This document shows, piece after piece, positions 37,706-50,975 of a DNA stretch of 54,926 bases; position 1 is the first letter of the stretch; each line of letters opens with the position of its first letter. The translations under genes and the position numbers were made by a program. The DNA is from Girardia tigrina (Eukaryota), in assembly GCA_001938485.1 (NCBI GenBank), contig MQRK01231705.1, positions 1-54,926 on the forward strand. The letters run 5' to 3'. The notes under the pieces are model-generated. The model was not told the origin of the DNA. It saw nothing but the letters and a program-made list of their open reading frames with translations, and did not search any database.

Positions 37706-39187
37706 TAATTATATGCTCACTATATTACAAGGGTATTGGGTATTTTGAACGGTAAGATTATGCGACCAGCATGTTCACTGGTCTCTTTCTTTGTAGTCTC
37801 ATCTTTCCGTTATTGATAATTCATGTTTGGAAATGATAATAATTCTGGTACACTTGATTTCTTTTCATTGAATAAATCCATATAATGTTATTAAAAAAAT
37901 AAACTTAAAAATTATGTTTCTCGATCATAATTTTATATATAAAATCATAAATGATTTCAACTCATTAAAACACTTAAAATTAAAAAATATTCCTCACACT
38001 TATCCTTTAAGTACAGATCATTTTAGAGTCTATATTATCAAAGATATTTTCTTCCTGCTTTCTTTCTTATGGTTACCGAAAAATATAATTTTTATATCTA
38101 AATTTAGACTAATGAAATTTTATTTGAGTCTAAACAAAAGTGATTTAACAGTATTTTTATTGAAAGAACCCTTTCGGTGTTTCCATGTGTTGGATGGTCT
38201 GGTGGAGAAGACAGTGTCGGTTACGATCCGCGAAGAATATCGCTCTGAAAGTTAGAAAGGAAGTCCAAGAAAGCCAAAATGTATCATTGATTCAAAAATT
38301 TTGGAGCTTCAGCTGTTAATTATGGACAATAAACGTAATTCATTTTGTCTTAGTAAACAGTATGGCTTTCGAAGGTGATGGCTGTTATCTCCATATTGAG
38401 GCCGAAAAGAAGTTATATGAGATATCATTAGTTGGTCGTGTCAGTGGATCCAATTCGGATGACATGGAGAATATTCCAAACCAATTGTGTTACAGTGTTT
38501 TCCATCGTACAAAAAATTGAGAAACGATCAAAAAAATATATGAAAAATTTTATATTTGTAGTAACTGGTGTTTTCTTATTTTAAGTAACTGAATTTTGGT
38601 CGTAATATGTTATTTGTCATTTCTAATATTTCATCAGTCTTGTAAATTTGAATGTTTTTTATGATCATTTTCGTCTGAAATGTGTCTAAATGGTGTGAAT
38701 CTCAAAGTGTTGATGGATTTGGTTGTTTCAACTAATGTATATACTTTATTCATATTAAAGAAAAAATAATAACAAAAAAATGGACGCCAAAATGGCAAAA
38801 ATAATTATTTTATCCAAGAATATTTCTCGATTTGTTTGCTCAATCTGTTTTTTCAGTTACTGTTGGAATCACGAGTGATCGATTTTATTATTAAGGAAAG
38901 ACTGATTGTCTGAAAAAACATTATTAATTTATGATCGATTTGTTTAAATCGAATATTGAAATAAATTCGGCGCAATTTCTTTTGAATAGTGCGAGTTTTG
39001 TTCTCGAAATTGTTTAGTTGATATTTTCGAATAAAATTGTTTTCTATCGGGCATTTGAGTTTTACTTTCATTCATATCCTTCAAAAGATATCAGATTTGT
39101 TTTAATAATCTTCCGGCAAAGTTTTAATTTCGAAATTTATATTAAATCTGAGTTCTCTTCAATTTTCTTCTCGGATATATTGAAAGC

Positions 39188-39645
39188 ATGACATCTGCAC
39201 CAAAAATACAAAAAACAGAAAGGATTGGCAAAGTTTACCAAGATCAAGTTTTGAATTCCCTAATAGAAAAGATCGATGAGGTCCAAAGTGATATCCATAA
39301 ACTCAACGAACAAGGAGCGAAGAAATTATCAAAGTTGAAAAGACATTTAATAAAAGCCGACGATCGCTATTTCAGAAACGGGTGAATCTAATCAAAACGA
39401 TCCCGGATTTCTGGATCAATGTGTTGAGTAATCATCCTCAACTGATGTCACGTATCGCTGAACACGTGGAAGATCCACTTCAGTCTCTTACCAGTCTCGA
39501 GGTCGAAGAATTCGACGATATTAAATCTGGTTTCAAAATTATCTCAACGTTTTCTTTGAATGATTATTTCTCGAACTCAACTATAACGAAATCGATTCAC
39601 GTCGTAGAGTCGGAGTGTTCAATGCCGGAGTTCATGCGTTATTTT
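39188..39645 (+). pseudogene. SET: 3'-truncated SET/TAF-I (NAP-family histone chaperone) pseudogene
   Basis: IEKIDEVQSDIHKLNEQ then, after a 1-nt loss at 39314-39318, EEIIKVEKTFNKSRRSLFQKRVNLIKTIPDFWINVLSNHPQL...LEVEEFDDIKSGFKI..F..N.YF.N..I.K; the acidic C-terminus is absent. Confidence 0.85.
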
Positions 39646-39879
39646 GGTGAGATACTGTTGCATATTTTCCTACGACCCGCTAACCCCCAATCTTCGCCAT
39701 TTCGCGACTGCCACATCAAGCCCGCTCTTGTACCAACACCACGAATCAGTCAAAGGAGGGTTTCCATTTCCAATATTTTATAATTAGATATTACATATTT
39801 CATAATTGAAATTACAGTTCTTTATAATCTTTGTAAATTCACATTCACATTTATATTTAAAATTCAAAAATCAGTATTT

Positions 39880-40175
39880 GATGAAGTACAATATTCGAAG
39901 AAGTTCATTACGAAAAGTCAAAACTTAGCTAAGGTTTACAATATCTGATGACAGTTTATCTAGTCTTTGCATGTCAAGAGTAAACATGGAAAAATTAAGA
40001 GCAACATAGCAAAATTCAAGGATGTAATTAACGAGTTTGCTACTGGCTAAAGGCTTTAATTTTAAATAAAACACAATTCAAATTCAAGTGTTGTTTTATT
40101 TTATTAATAGATATAACACTTATTTCTAAAATATAATTCTTGCTCCCTTCTGTAAAAATCTCTGTCTACTACCAT
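39880..40175 (+). mobile_element. Degenerate hAT 3' remnant
   Basis: SSLRKVKT*LRFTISDDSLSSLCM resembles the hAT dimerisation motif S.L.R.KT.LRST....RL..L; terminus-like CCCTTCTGTAAAAATCTCTGTCTAC. Confidence 0.5.
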
Positions 40176-40274
40176 GTCCTAACTTTATTTTCAAAAAGGA
40201 ATAATGTTGATGGCCTAATGTGTAATTAAAAAAAGCAATGATACAATCTTTCTTAGATTATTAAGAGACCCAAA

Positions 40275-40715
40275 TTTAATGACCGCAATTAGGAACGCCA
40301 GATATCGTCGATCTCCAAAGTTAAACAAGCAAAGGCCACATTAGTACTTATATGGGTGAAAAATAGGGAAATCGCGGGGCCCAGGTCAGGTCAGACGAGC
40401 TGCTTGCTACAGATGTTATCTAAACATGTAATATCTGTCCCATGGTTGAATCGTTATCGACTAAACCGGCTCCCTCACCCAGAAAAACATGGGTGAAGAG
40501 GGTGTGTGGACACCTAGCAGGATGAAAAAACAAAACCTAGTAAATGGCGAATGAGATCTTTGGAGCCAATGGCTATCCATATCTGGAGAGAAGATAGGCA
40601 ACACCAGGTTTCTTGCCAAATGAGACACTCAAAATATGTAAAACCAAGCCATAAAGGCTTGTGCATAATTGAGTGCACCCACGGCCCAACGGCTACGATA
40701 CAAAAAAATTAATAA
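40275..40715 (+). mobile_element. 5S rRNA-derived SINE (SINE3-type)
   Basis: Head AACGCCAGATATCGTCGATCTCCAAAGTTAAACAAGCAAAGGCCACATTAGTACTTATATGGGTGA...GGGAAATC aligns by eye with 5S rRNA (box A, TTAGTACTT, box C), followed by a ~320-bp GC-richer body and an A/AAT tail. Confidence 0.7.
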
Positions 40716-42809
40716 TAATTATTGGGTTCTTGATTAAAAGAAGTTGTCATTAACGCAAAACTTTATTTCTATAACAATTCAAGTTTTTTAAACAAATATT
40801 TTCGAGGAACTTTTGCACTTTCTTTTTTTACACAAACCATTATAAATAAAAATAAATATAAATATAGATATGGTTATTAAGAATTTAAATTTATATTTTT
40901 TTGATGAAATTATAAAGTTATTAAAATTTGTCACAGTTTTTTGTTGCATCTTTTAGTAAATTTTCATTAATTTAATCGTTTCTCAATTACATTTCCCCAT
41001 TCTATAACACAAAATTTTAGTTTTGATTTCATAATTATTTAAATATTATCCTTTAGCCGGTAACATAAAGTTTTAAAAATAAGATTAAAATCGCAATTAT
41101 TTTAGATTAAGTACAATACGTTTTAAAGATACAATTAAAATCATAATTATTTTTAGAATTATTACAATAATTTTTTAAAAAAAATAAAATTAAAATCGAA
41201 ATTTCGTTTGATTTAACAACCTTTAAATTACCCCTTTTTTAGATAAAATCAAATTATATTTTTAATAATAATTACGTTTTTAGTTTAATTAAACAACTTT
41301 TAAATGACATTCGCATTTCTGAAAATATACTTTTAAAATGAAAGTTATATTTCTTAAAAAATTGAAAATAATATTTTGATTTAAATTTATGAATTAATGT
41401 CAAAAGTTACAAAATAGTTTTCTAGTTTATTTATTATTTCCTAAAAATTAGATTTTATGTTTCATATAAAATTACAATTCACTTTATTAATAAATCTATT
41501 TATTGGTTTTATGTTCAAATTAAAAATTAATTTTATAGAAATTATTTTTTTACGCTATTTTATAAAAATCTCCTTTTAACCTAATCTGTAAATAAAATGT
41601 TAAATATTGAATTATTAAATTGATTAGATTTCAAATTCGAAAATTTTATGAACTCAAAAAAAAGCTACTAACAATAATATTAATAATATTTCAGCAATTA
41701 TCATTTATCATATGAAATAATCACTGAAGCATTATTAATTAAGCATTTTTAACCATGCTTAAATTTGCAAAGTGATTCTTCCAATCATTAAATAATTTTA
41801 AAATATAAATAAGAGATGCAAAAATTGTAATAATTAATTTACTATTTTAGAAATTTTGACAAATCTTTGTCTATTTATTATTTTTAGTTTACAAAAGCAA
41901 ATAAAATATAAAAACAATGAAATATATGAGTAAACCTAGGTTTCATTAGAAGAAATAAATTTTAAATTATTTATTTAATATTTTGATAGAAAACTAAAGT
42001 TACTTACGAAATATGAAAAAAATAGAATTTATGAGACATCAAAGTCTCACAAACAAATTACACAATTAATTAAATGGATATAATAAAAAATAGTTTTTAT
42101 GAAAAAATAAACTATTCAAAAATATTTTTATTTAACTTTTATTTCTTTCGAAAAACGTTGTTTTAAATGACTTTCATATTATTTTTTAAAATATTTTTTT
42201 AAAATTTATTTCAAAGAAATCCGGAGTGGGTTTCTTTCAACAATATTAAAATAATTATAAAAAAATATCAAAATATAAATTTATTAAAGTTCAAAGAAAT
42301 AGATTTTTGTTCGAGAAAATAAAAAAAGTTTCATTTGTAAGCATAAAGTTTTCTTAAATCGGATTAAAAAAATTAAAAGTAGATTTAGCTAAGAGGAAAA
42401 AAAGAAAATAAATCTTCAGAATATTTAATAAAACTGAGTCGTCAAATCAAGTTAAAATAAATTATTTATATATAAATATAAGTATTTTTTTAAAAATAAT
42501 CATGTCAGAGTCAATAATTTATAGATTTCTCCAAGGTTATTTTCAAACTTATTTCGGGAAATGAAGTTTCGAAATTATGTTATTCGATTAATGTTCCTTT
42601 GAAAGAGGAAACATTTTTTGTTTGATTTTAATGCGCCGTTAGTTAAAAAAATAATCTCACCAAAATATTTATTTAGAAAATTTAAATCTAATAAATAAAA
42701 TTTAAAATTAAAAAAAATAATTTAAAATTACAAAACATAAAGTCATTTTAATTCAAAACTTTTTTTGGATCATGACTTTAACTTAGAATATCGAAAATGA
42801 TATAAAACG

Positions 42810-44440
42810 CAACTAACATGGCGACTACAATAAAACCCACGGCACCAAGAGCCATGTATTCATATTCAAGTCAATGATAGATCACCCAAACGATAAACAC
42901 GTGACCACGCTGATTGCACCACTTATTAAAGTAGCAACAGACACAAAAAACTACTTATTCAATATTAAATAGTCCATAAAATATAGTACTTACAACAGAA
43001 TGAAAATTATACATGTTAGGAATTAAAAATTTAAAGAAAATTTTTGAAAGAAGGTTATATTAAATATGTACAAATTAAAATTTTTATATAATTAAATATG
43101 TAACGTTTGGAAAAAATAAAATTACTAAAATTAAGAACATCAATTAAATTGCTAATAAAAATTTTTTGAGAGTTTTAATGTAATATAAAAAGTAAAAAAG
43201 TCTATAATTTTTATGTGAAACGATTTTAAAAAAATAATAAAATTAAATGAAACGACTAAATATTTTAAAGTGTTATCGTAATTTAAAATTGATTTATAGA
43301 AGTAATGGAAAAATCAAATATTTATAAGTATTTGTATCTATATCGGTTTAAGATTTATAAAACAAATTGTTTCTCAAAAAAAATTAATTTGTTTAAATAT
43401 TAGATTTAAACATTTGTTTTTGTGGTATAATAAAAGTTTTCATGTCTGCTACTAATAATTCCGACGATGTTCCAAGAACCACTAATAATACACACTTGTG
43501 ATTTTATCGAAAACCTTTACAAAAGAAGACCTGAGCCACTAATCTATACTTAAATTAAAGAAATCTGGAGGAAATAAAATTTACTCTGTCCCCACATAGT
43601 ATCTGCCTCACAAACATCAACAAATGGAGGTGTTAGCCAACCCAAATAAAATAGTACTACGCAATCAACAAAAAGACCACCAAGAAAACAAAAATTCATT
43701 TTGAAACAAAGTAGAAAATTCTATTGGATAACACAAAAAAGCTAGACAATATAACGCTAATATGCACAACTTTCAAACAAAACGAATATACATATTAAAA
43801 ATATCCGAACACGTCTTAATACCCAACCATTGAGTAACTCACAAGATAAGCAGGGGTAATGAAGCATTCTTTGGCTTAAGTATTACCTATTCAACATTTA
43901 TCGGTAAGAGTCTGATACTGTGCCCACTCTACGTATCCGAAAAACAAGGGATATAAATATGCATTGATCCACACAAAAAGAAAACGCCAATCCTTAATAG
44001 ATTGTCACAAATTACGTTAACCAAAGAGTAGCTATAAAAATCATCATTCTTTTTTTCTGAAATGAGACAAACAAATGGAATCCCGTCTAAAATGGAAAAA
44101 AAGTCCAATCAATTTGCTGGGAACGGCTACTGAATAGCCAACTATATGTTTCAGATTATAAAAAATAAGAATATCATCTATAAACAGGAAACTACATGGT
44201 TTTGAAAAAAAACACAATAATAACTGACCTGATAATACCAACAGAAAAACACGTAGGTCATAAGAACAATACTTACCACAAACAAGTATCAGTTGCTGAA
44301 AATTTCGAAAATGAAAACAAAAACAATATAATCGAAGAATTTGCTGATCTTTTCCAACAACTCATCCACAAAATCAAGTGAAAACATCCAAGAAATCATT
44401 TAAAGGAAAGATAGGAGAAACTACAGGGGAAAAGAGACAA
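42810..44440 (+). mobile_element. Heavily decayed LTR-retrotransposon remnant
   Basis: ACTAACA|TGGCGAC junction at about 42811-42825, matching the LTR/PBS junction at 19590; A-rich decayed coding-like sequence with ICID near 43960. Confidence 0.35.
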
Positions 44441-44456
44441 ATCTCCAATTAAAATA

Positions 44457-45245
44457 TAAAAGGGAATCCAAAAAGGTTATCAAGTCTTTTTTAATAAAAT
44501 AATAGCATTTTTGCAAATGTCGTACATTTTCATCATCCTAATGGATTTTAATCGCTTTGATATTCGTAAAAAAAATATTCTATTGCTGGGAAAGGGATTT
44601 AACACCCTCACAGATGACTGACGAAGTTAAAACGGCCCTTGGAGTTGGAACAGTCTCAAAGAGAACATGTGAAAGGTGGATTTCCAATTTTCGTGAAATA
44701 AACTTTAACACAGACGATCAAGTCCGCGAAGGGCAGCCCTCTCTTGACATAGACTATCATGTCAAAAATTTTGTATATTTGATTTTCTCTATTTATTTTC
44801 AAACATCTGTTATGCTACAATCAATGCGGATGTCTACTGTACTCAGCCGGATCGTCTCATTATCGCCGTTCAGCAGAAGCGCTGACGGTTGCTCTATGGA
44901 AGAAACAACAATGTTCATTATCTCCACGATAATAGTCGTCCGCATACGGCTGCTAAGACCAAGGACAAGCTGAATGTGCTTGGATTCACCGTACTATCAC
45001 ATCCACCATACTCCCCGATCTCTCACCATCTGACTACTATCTATTCTCTCCAATGAAATGTGCACTTAGAGGAAAGAATTTTGCCGGTGTCAACGATATC
45101 AACGAAGATCTTCTACATTGGTTTGACAAGAAACCGCATGATTTTTCCAAAATGGGATACGCAGCCTCCCTGAACGTTGACTGAGATGTATTGAGCACAT
45201 TGACGGCTACTTTTCGCATTTGCATGACGTGGACGATTGATAAAA
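44457..45245 (+). mobile_element. Degenerate, internally deleted mariner
   Basis: GTVSKRTCERW...D..REGQP HTH; LHDNSRPH and HPPYSP.LSPSDY in broken frames. Confidence 0.8.
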
Positions 45246-45524
45246 TATGAAAGGTTGATTTATACATGATGATATAAATTGTTGTTTGATTTTAATGTTG
45301 GCATTATCTTGCATTTGTCGATGTATAAATCATTCAACTGAACCTTTTGTGGCTTTTATTGGTGTGAAATCTTTGTGATAGATTGATTGTTTTTAGTTGC
45401 TTTACAAATATTTTTATAGAAGACGTTTTAAGTAAAACTAGCAGGACAGAAAACTTGGTTTTCTATATTTTAAATAAACATTACTATACGATATTTTATC
45501 TATTTCAACTGTAACATAACATAG

Positions 45525-45756
45525 CAGGGGTCTCCAAACTTTTTTCAATGCGGGTCGGATGAGGTATTTGAAGATTGTCCCGCGGGCTACATATAAATTA
45601 TGGTATTAAAAACGCATAATCAGTGAATACACAGATAAATGATAAGTTTATTAATAATATAAACATGTAAAATTATAATTGTAATTAAGTCGTGGGCCGG
45701 AAGAAATTATGTTGCGAGGTGAATTTGGCCCGTGGGCTTTAGTTGGAAGATCTCTG
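45525..45756. mobile_element. hAT (Charlie/SPIN-like) MITE
   Basis: CAGGGGTCTCCAAACT ... AGTTGGAAGATCTCTG termini with GCGGGCC/GGCCCG subterminal motifs; no clear 8-bp TSD. Confidence 0.7.
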
Positions 45757-45799
45757 GTTTAGAGAGTTTAAAGGAGAAGGCAATTCATGTTTTGATAAC

Positions 45800-45975
45800 A
45801 AAAACTAGTTAAAAATGTTTTAGAGAAATTGTTAACTACATGGATCTAAAATTGCAGAACATTATTCTTAAAAAGCATCGAATTCAGACGAAAGAGCTGA
45901 TCGCTAAAATGAACTTCAGTCTTGGTATGGTCTCGACCAAATTGAAGGCTTGGGTATCAAAATCATGTACTAGAT
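45800..45975 (+). mobile_element. Small mariner HTH fragment
   Basis: IILKKHRIQTKELIAKMNFSLGMVSTKL..LG..KSCTR resembles the second mariner HTH. Confidence 0.4.
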
Positions 45976-47139
45976 TTTTTCATCTTATTGACTTATATAA
46001 TGATATCCTAATTACTATCAACCAAGTATTTTATTTTATTTTCTGTATTTGATTTTATTAAATAATTATCAAATTAATAATAGGCAGATATAATAATAAA
46101 ATATTGCCTCAAATCTTTTTGACGGAATTCAGTCTTAGATTGTTCGTAAATTCAACAATATCATGTAATTAATTTATCTTTAATTAAATAATCATCCCAT
46201 AATAATCTAACTGACAAATTGCTAAATAATTAATTTAGATTGAATTAAATTAATTATTTTAAAAAATAATCTAACTAGACAGTGTATTTAATTATAATGA
46301 TAATTGGAAAAAAGCAGGCAAACTGCAATGGAGCAGCAAGAGGAATGCAAGACAATTTCGTTGAATAAATATTAATTTTTAGGAAAGTTATAATAGTTAA
46401 AATGACAATCATTTGTTTTTAATTATAGTTAAATTAAAATTTAAATTAATAATTATTTTTTTTAATTAAATTATAAAATAATTTAAAAAAAAATTAACAA
46501 AATGATAAAATTCCAAAGTTTTGAAAGAGAGAGAGAGATCAAAAAAGACATTAAATTTTGTCGAAGAATTTTAATTAAAAATATAAACTCCTCTTACACA
46601 TTGCTGCAAACGCATTTTTGGCTTTTGGAAATGAAAAATGATTTTTTAATTTTGGAAAATAAATTTTTGTTTCTGAATGAAACAGTAAAACATTTTCACT
46701 GTGATAATAATGAATTTTTTTTTGCTTGAATAAATCGATAATTTATTGATTCAGTCTTTTCTTTCCTTCTTTCTCTTAAACTTTCTTTTGTTTTTATTAA
46801 ACACGGCTTTTTTGTTTCGAGAGAAGCAAGATTTCTTTCATCAAGAATAGGAAATGTTTTGTAAAATATTAATATTTTTTATTTTATTTAATTATTTTAT
46901 TTATCCTTTTATATATTATTTATAAACATAAATATTCATACTAAACACTAAGATAAATAAACTAGCGAATTGTAATTAAAAATTAAAGAATAAAAGAATT
47001 TGAGTTTTTCTGAACAATAAACGACTTGAATTTAACTCTGAAAGACTGTTGACTGGTGCTTGAAGAGAAGATGTTGTAATTATAAATATGAATCAATATA
47101 ATATAAAAAAGATTATTTCTATTTCGAAATTCTGAAACA

Positions 47140-47300
47140 GGTGTGTTCCGATAAACCTAAGAGCGGCGACCCATTATCTCTGTAGGAGAATCAAAGAATA
47201 TGGTTGTAATGTTAGTGGAAGTAATATTTCAGAATACAGAAAGGTTTGCAATTCAGACGTAAATGTAAACATAAATAATTTTAAAATTATTTTGTGCTCA
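47140..47300 (+). mobile_element. Penelope GIY-YIG fragment
   Basis: THYLCRRIKEYGCNVSGSNISEYRKVC parallels TARHLCKRIQEHGRKESKSNIAEHRK at 16760-16850. Confidence 0.6.
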
Positions 47301-48120
47301 TTTTAGTAATTATTGAGAGGGAGTACCTAGATTTTTAAATTAATGTGCAAAGTGGTTTCCAGACAACCTAATTGAGTGTTCCCGTTGAAATTTATATTTT
47401 CTTGATGGTCTGACGATTAATGGTTGAAATTAATGGTCTTTAAAAATATTTTTTTTCTAAATTATATGCCTATGTTTTTAAAACTTCAAAAAGTAATTTT
47501 ATATTTCAACGTATATTAACTTTGAATTTTTTAAATTAAAATAAAAAAAATTAACGTTAATATTTTGAATTAAAAATGAAAAATACAAATTGATATTGAT
47601 CTAATTTGAAGAAAAAAAATATTATATTTTTATTTTATTTATCAATTTCTTAAAACAGTACCAAGAATTCATAAACTGATAAAATAATATTTATTTTTAT
47701 TTAATTATTTTTGCTCAATATAATTCTAAAATGATTATTATTCATTAAAAAATATTTTAATCAAATGAATTTTTTTCTGGAAAAAAAAGATAATAAAGAA
47801 ATTATTATCAAAAAAAAAATTCAATTATTAAGAAAAAAAAATAAAAATTCAATGAAATAAAAAATTTTTTTCAAACAGATAAATAGAGAAAAAAACATTA
47901 AGGATTCCCTCTAATCCTCCCGTAATAATCAATGAATATCATTTACAAAAAAAGAGAAAACAGAAGAAATTTTCCTTCTCAGTTTGGTCTAAAACATCAT
48001 TATTGAATTACATTTCTTACTATTTCAGAAAATCAATAAAGGATATCATATTGCATTTATAATAATCATAATGTTGTCCTGTGGATTTTCTGAAAGAAAA
48101 AATATAAATAATAATATAAA

Positions 48121-48165
48121 AAGAACAAGAAGAACAAGAAGAACAAGAAGAAGAATAAGAGGAAA
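48121..48165. repeat. GAA/GAACAAGAA low-complexity repeat
   Basis: Direct reading. Confidence 0.8.
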
Positions 48166-50924
48166 AATAAAAAGAAGGAAATATTCAGTTTTTTTGTCTT
48201 ATATCCGGAACAAATTTTCTTAAGGAATTAAATAAATAATATTATTCCTCGTATCCTAATAACGAATTAGACATCACTTCGTTTACGGTATAATTGTTAT
48301 AAGCTAGATTAAAACAAAAATATAATTACCAAACGTATAACAATAAGCTTCTCGGGTTTTTTTTGATCATCATTAATGGATATATTAATTAGTTGTACGT
48401 GAATTCCGTATGAAATTATCAATGTAATACCGATTTATCAAATAAAATAAACCAGATTTTTTGTCACGACATTTTCAATGGAAAAAAAACACTAAAATTA
48501 ACCGAGAGGCAATTATAATTTACTGTTTGGATTATTATTTTTCTTTCATTTTACTCTATCTTTAATATTGATTAATTATTAATTTCTTTTAATTTTTTTA
48601 TATATAAAAGATTGGGGTTCTTTTCTTGTTTTTGTAATGATTTTCTCTTATCTTTCTTTTTCGTTGATAAATTCTTTTTTTCCCATAAATAAGAAAAAAT
48701 AAGAAAAAATTAAAAAGAACGCAGAAAATTATTTTATTTTCTTCAATCGAACTTTACACTTGATTTTATTTAATTAATTTTTAAATTGTTTTTTTTTGCA
48801 ATTTTTTCAAATTTTTAAATCAATAAATTTTTAATTAAATTATGATTACAGTGTATATTTTGAAAAAAAATATTATATTTATTTTTTCAACTCTTATTAA
48901 TTATTATTAATTATTATTTTAATAATTATTATTCTAATTTTCATCCAACCTTACTGAATATCACGAGTAATATTTTATTTATTTTAACAAACTAATTTGC
49001 TATTCTCACGAATGTAAAATATTAATATTTTGTGATAAATTTTAAGTTTATTATTGTATTTTTTTGTTTACTTCAAGAATTATTAATAGCTTTTTTTAGA
49101 AAATTTAATCAAAATAATTTAATTGTGAGTAATTTTTGAATGTTTGATGTGTTTGAATGTTGTATGTTGATTTGGGATTGTGTCTCTTCTACAGAAGATG
49201 ACTGATTAATATTTTAATTCTTATTATCTGAAGCGAATTTTAATTTATGAAGAATTTTAATATTTGCCTTTATTTTTAACATTTTCATAAATGTTAATGG
49301 GTTTGAATAATTTATTATAATTTTTTATTTTTAATATTTCTCAGAATTATTAAAATTTCATTATAATTTTAACCAATAAAAATCGTGAGATATTGATTTT
49401 TTAAAATAAGTCGATTTATAATTCAGATAATTTGAAATTAGTATAAAAATAGTTGAATTATCAAAACCGACGAAATTGAAATATCATTTCGTAAATTTGT
49501 AAGTGCAGAAGTGACAGTCGTTCAATGGAAACAGTAAATAACTCAAATCGTTAAATTATTCGTTGAAGTGAATAGCTAAAATAATCAAAATACTTGTTAC
49601 AAAAAAAGCTCAAGTCATCAAGAAAAAATCAGAAAATTGAAAATTTATTAAGAAAATAATTTAAATAAATAAATATAAATATAAATAAATCAGTAAACAG
49701 CAAAAATTGATTTTTCAACCAATAAAAAATATTGTCTGACGAAACTCGTTCTGATTGGTTGACTAATTATTTTCTCATCCGATACTGGCCCACACCGACT
49801 CAATTTGGTCAATGCGAAATTGATTCTCAATGAATTACCAGTTATAAAAATAACTCGAAAAAGACATCTTTATTCGCGTTTCATAAGATAAACAAATTTC
49901 AAGTTTTTAACTATTTTTAAATTATTTTGTTATTTTAAATTTCTTTATTTAATTTTATTTCTTTTTTTTATTTATTGTTTTCATATATCGTTAAATTATT
50001 ATTAGTATTTATCACTATTTATACACATATTTTATATAAAAAAGCAACAACTAAATAAATATGCGATAAACAATTCAACATGATGAAATAGAATGTCAAA
50101 GTTCCTGAAACATCAGAATTGATCACGGTTGAAAGATTGGGTTAGAAGAGAAGAAACATTTGAAATATAAATAAATGGAACGGAAAATTAAATGTTTGAT
50201 CGAACATTTTGCCAGTTTAAAAGGATTATATAAATAAATTAAATAACATAAAAGATATATAATTCAAAAATTAAATAAAGTAATTAAAGTTACGTAAAAA
50301 TTTAAAATAATTAGTAAAAAAGAACAAATAAATAAATAAATACTAAGTAAAAAAGAACTAATTGGAAATTTAAAAACATATTTGATTACCTTGAAAGAAA
50401 AGTTTCTTTAAAATGATTAGTGAAAATCGTTGTAAATTTGTGATAATTTAATCGAATTTGTATACGTGATTGTTTGGAACGTTTAAAAAATCGAGTTCGA
50501 TTGTGAAGTGCTCAATTACAATTTTGTGTCAATTTTTGTGTTTAAAATAGGAAAAATGAATCGGTTTTATTTGCAATTTGTGTTAAAAAAGAAAAGTGTA
50601 AATAAATGTTGTTTCAATTAAAAAATATATAAAGTCTTCAATTTCAATTTTGAATTTTTGTTAAAAAAATGTATCACGTAAACGTGCGAAAATTTGAGCG
50701 ATGAAATATTTTCAAAAAAATATATGTCGTTTGATGCCGATGAAATGTTTATTGGAGCTCACATTTTAGTTTCAAACTTTTTTGTGCAAAATTTTTTTCT
50801 AATTCCGATTCGATCGGCACTGAATCTTGATTATATTAATGAACTTAAATAAGAATTAAGTAAAAGAAAAGCTGAAGTTCTTTCTGGTTCACTGTCTAAT
50901 TATAAACACTGTGATCATCTAATG

Positions 50925-50975
50925 CCGTGATTCCCAACCTGGGGACCGCTGCACTTTTGAGTGTCGCGAGCTCGT
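50925..50975 (+). mobile_element. hAT MITE terminus remnant
   Basis: CCGTGATTCCCAACCTGGGG...GTCGCGAG resembles CAGTG.TTCCCAACCTGGGG Charlie-type ends; the opposite end was not found. Confidence 0.4.

Noticed and set aside
40275-40380. Functional 5S rRNA gene
   Set aside because: Diverged, terminal helix not closed, no oligo-T terminator, continues into a SINE-like body
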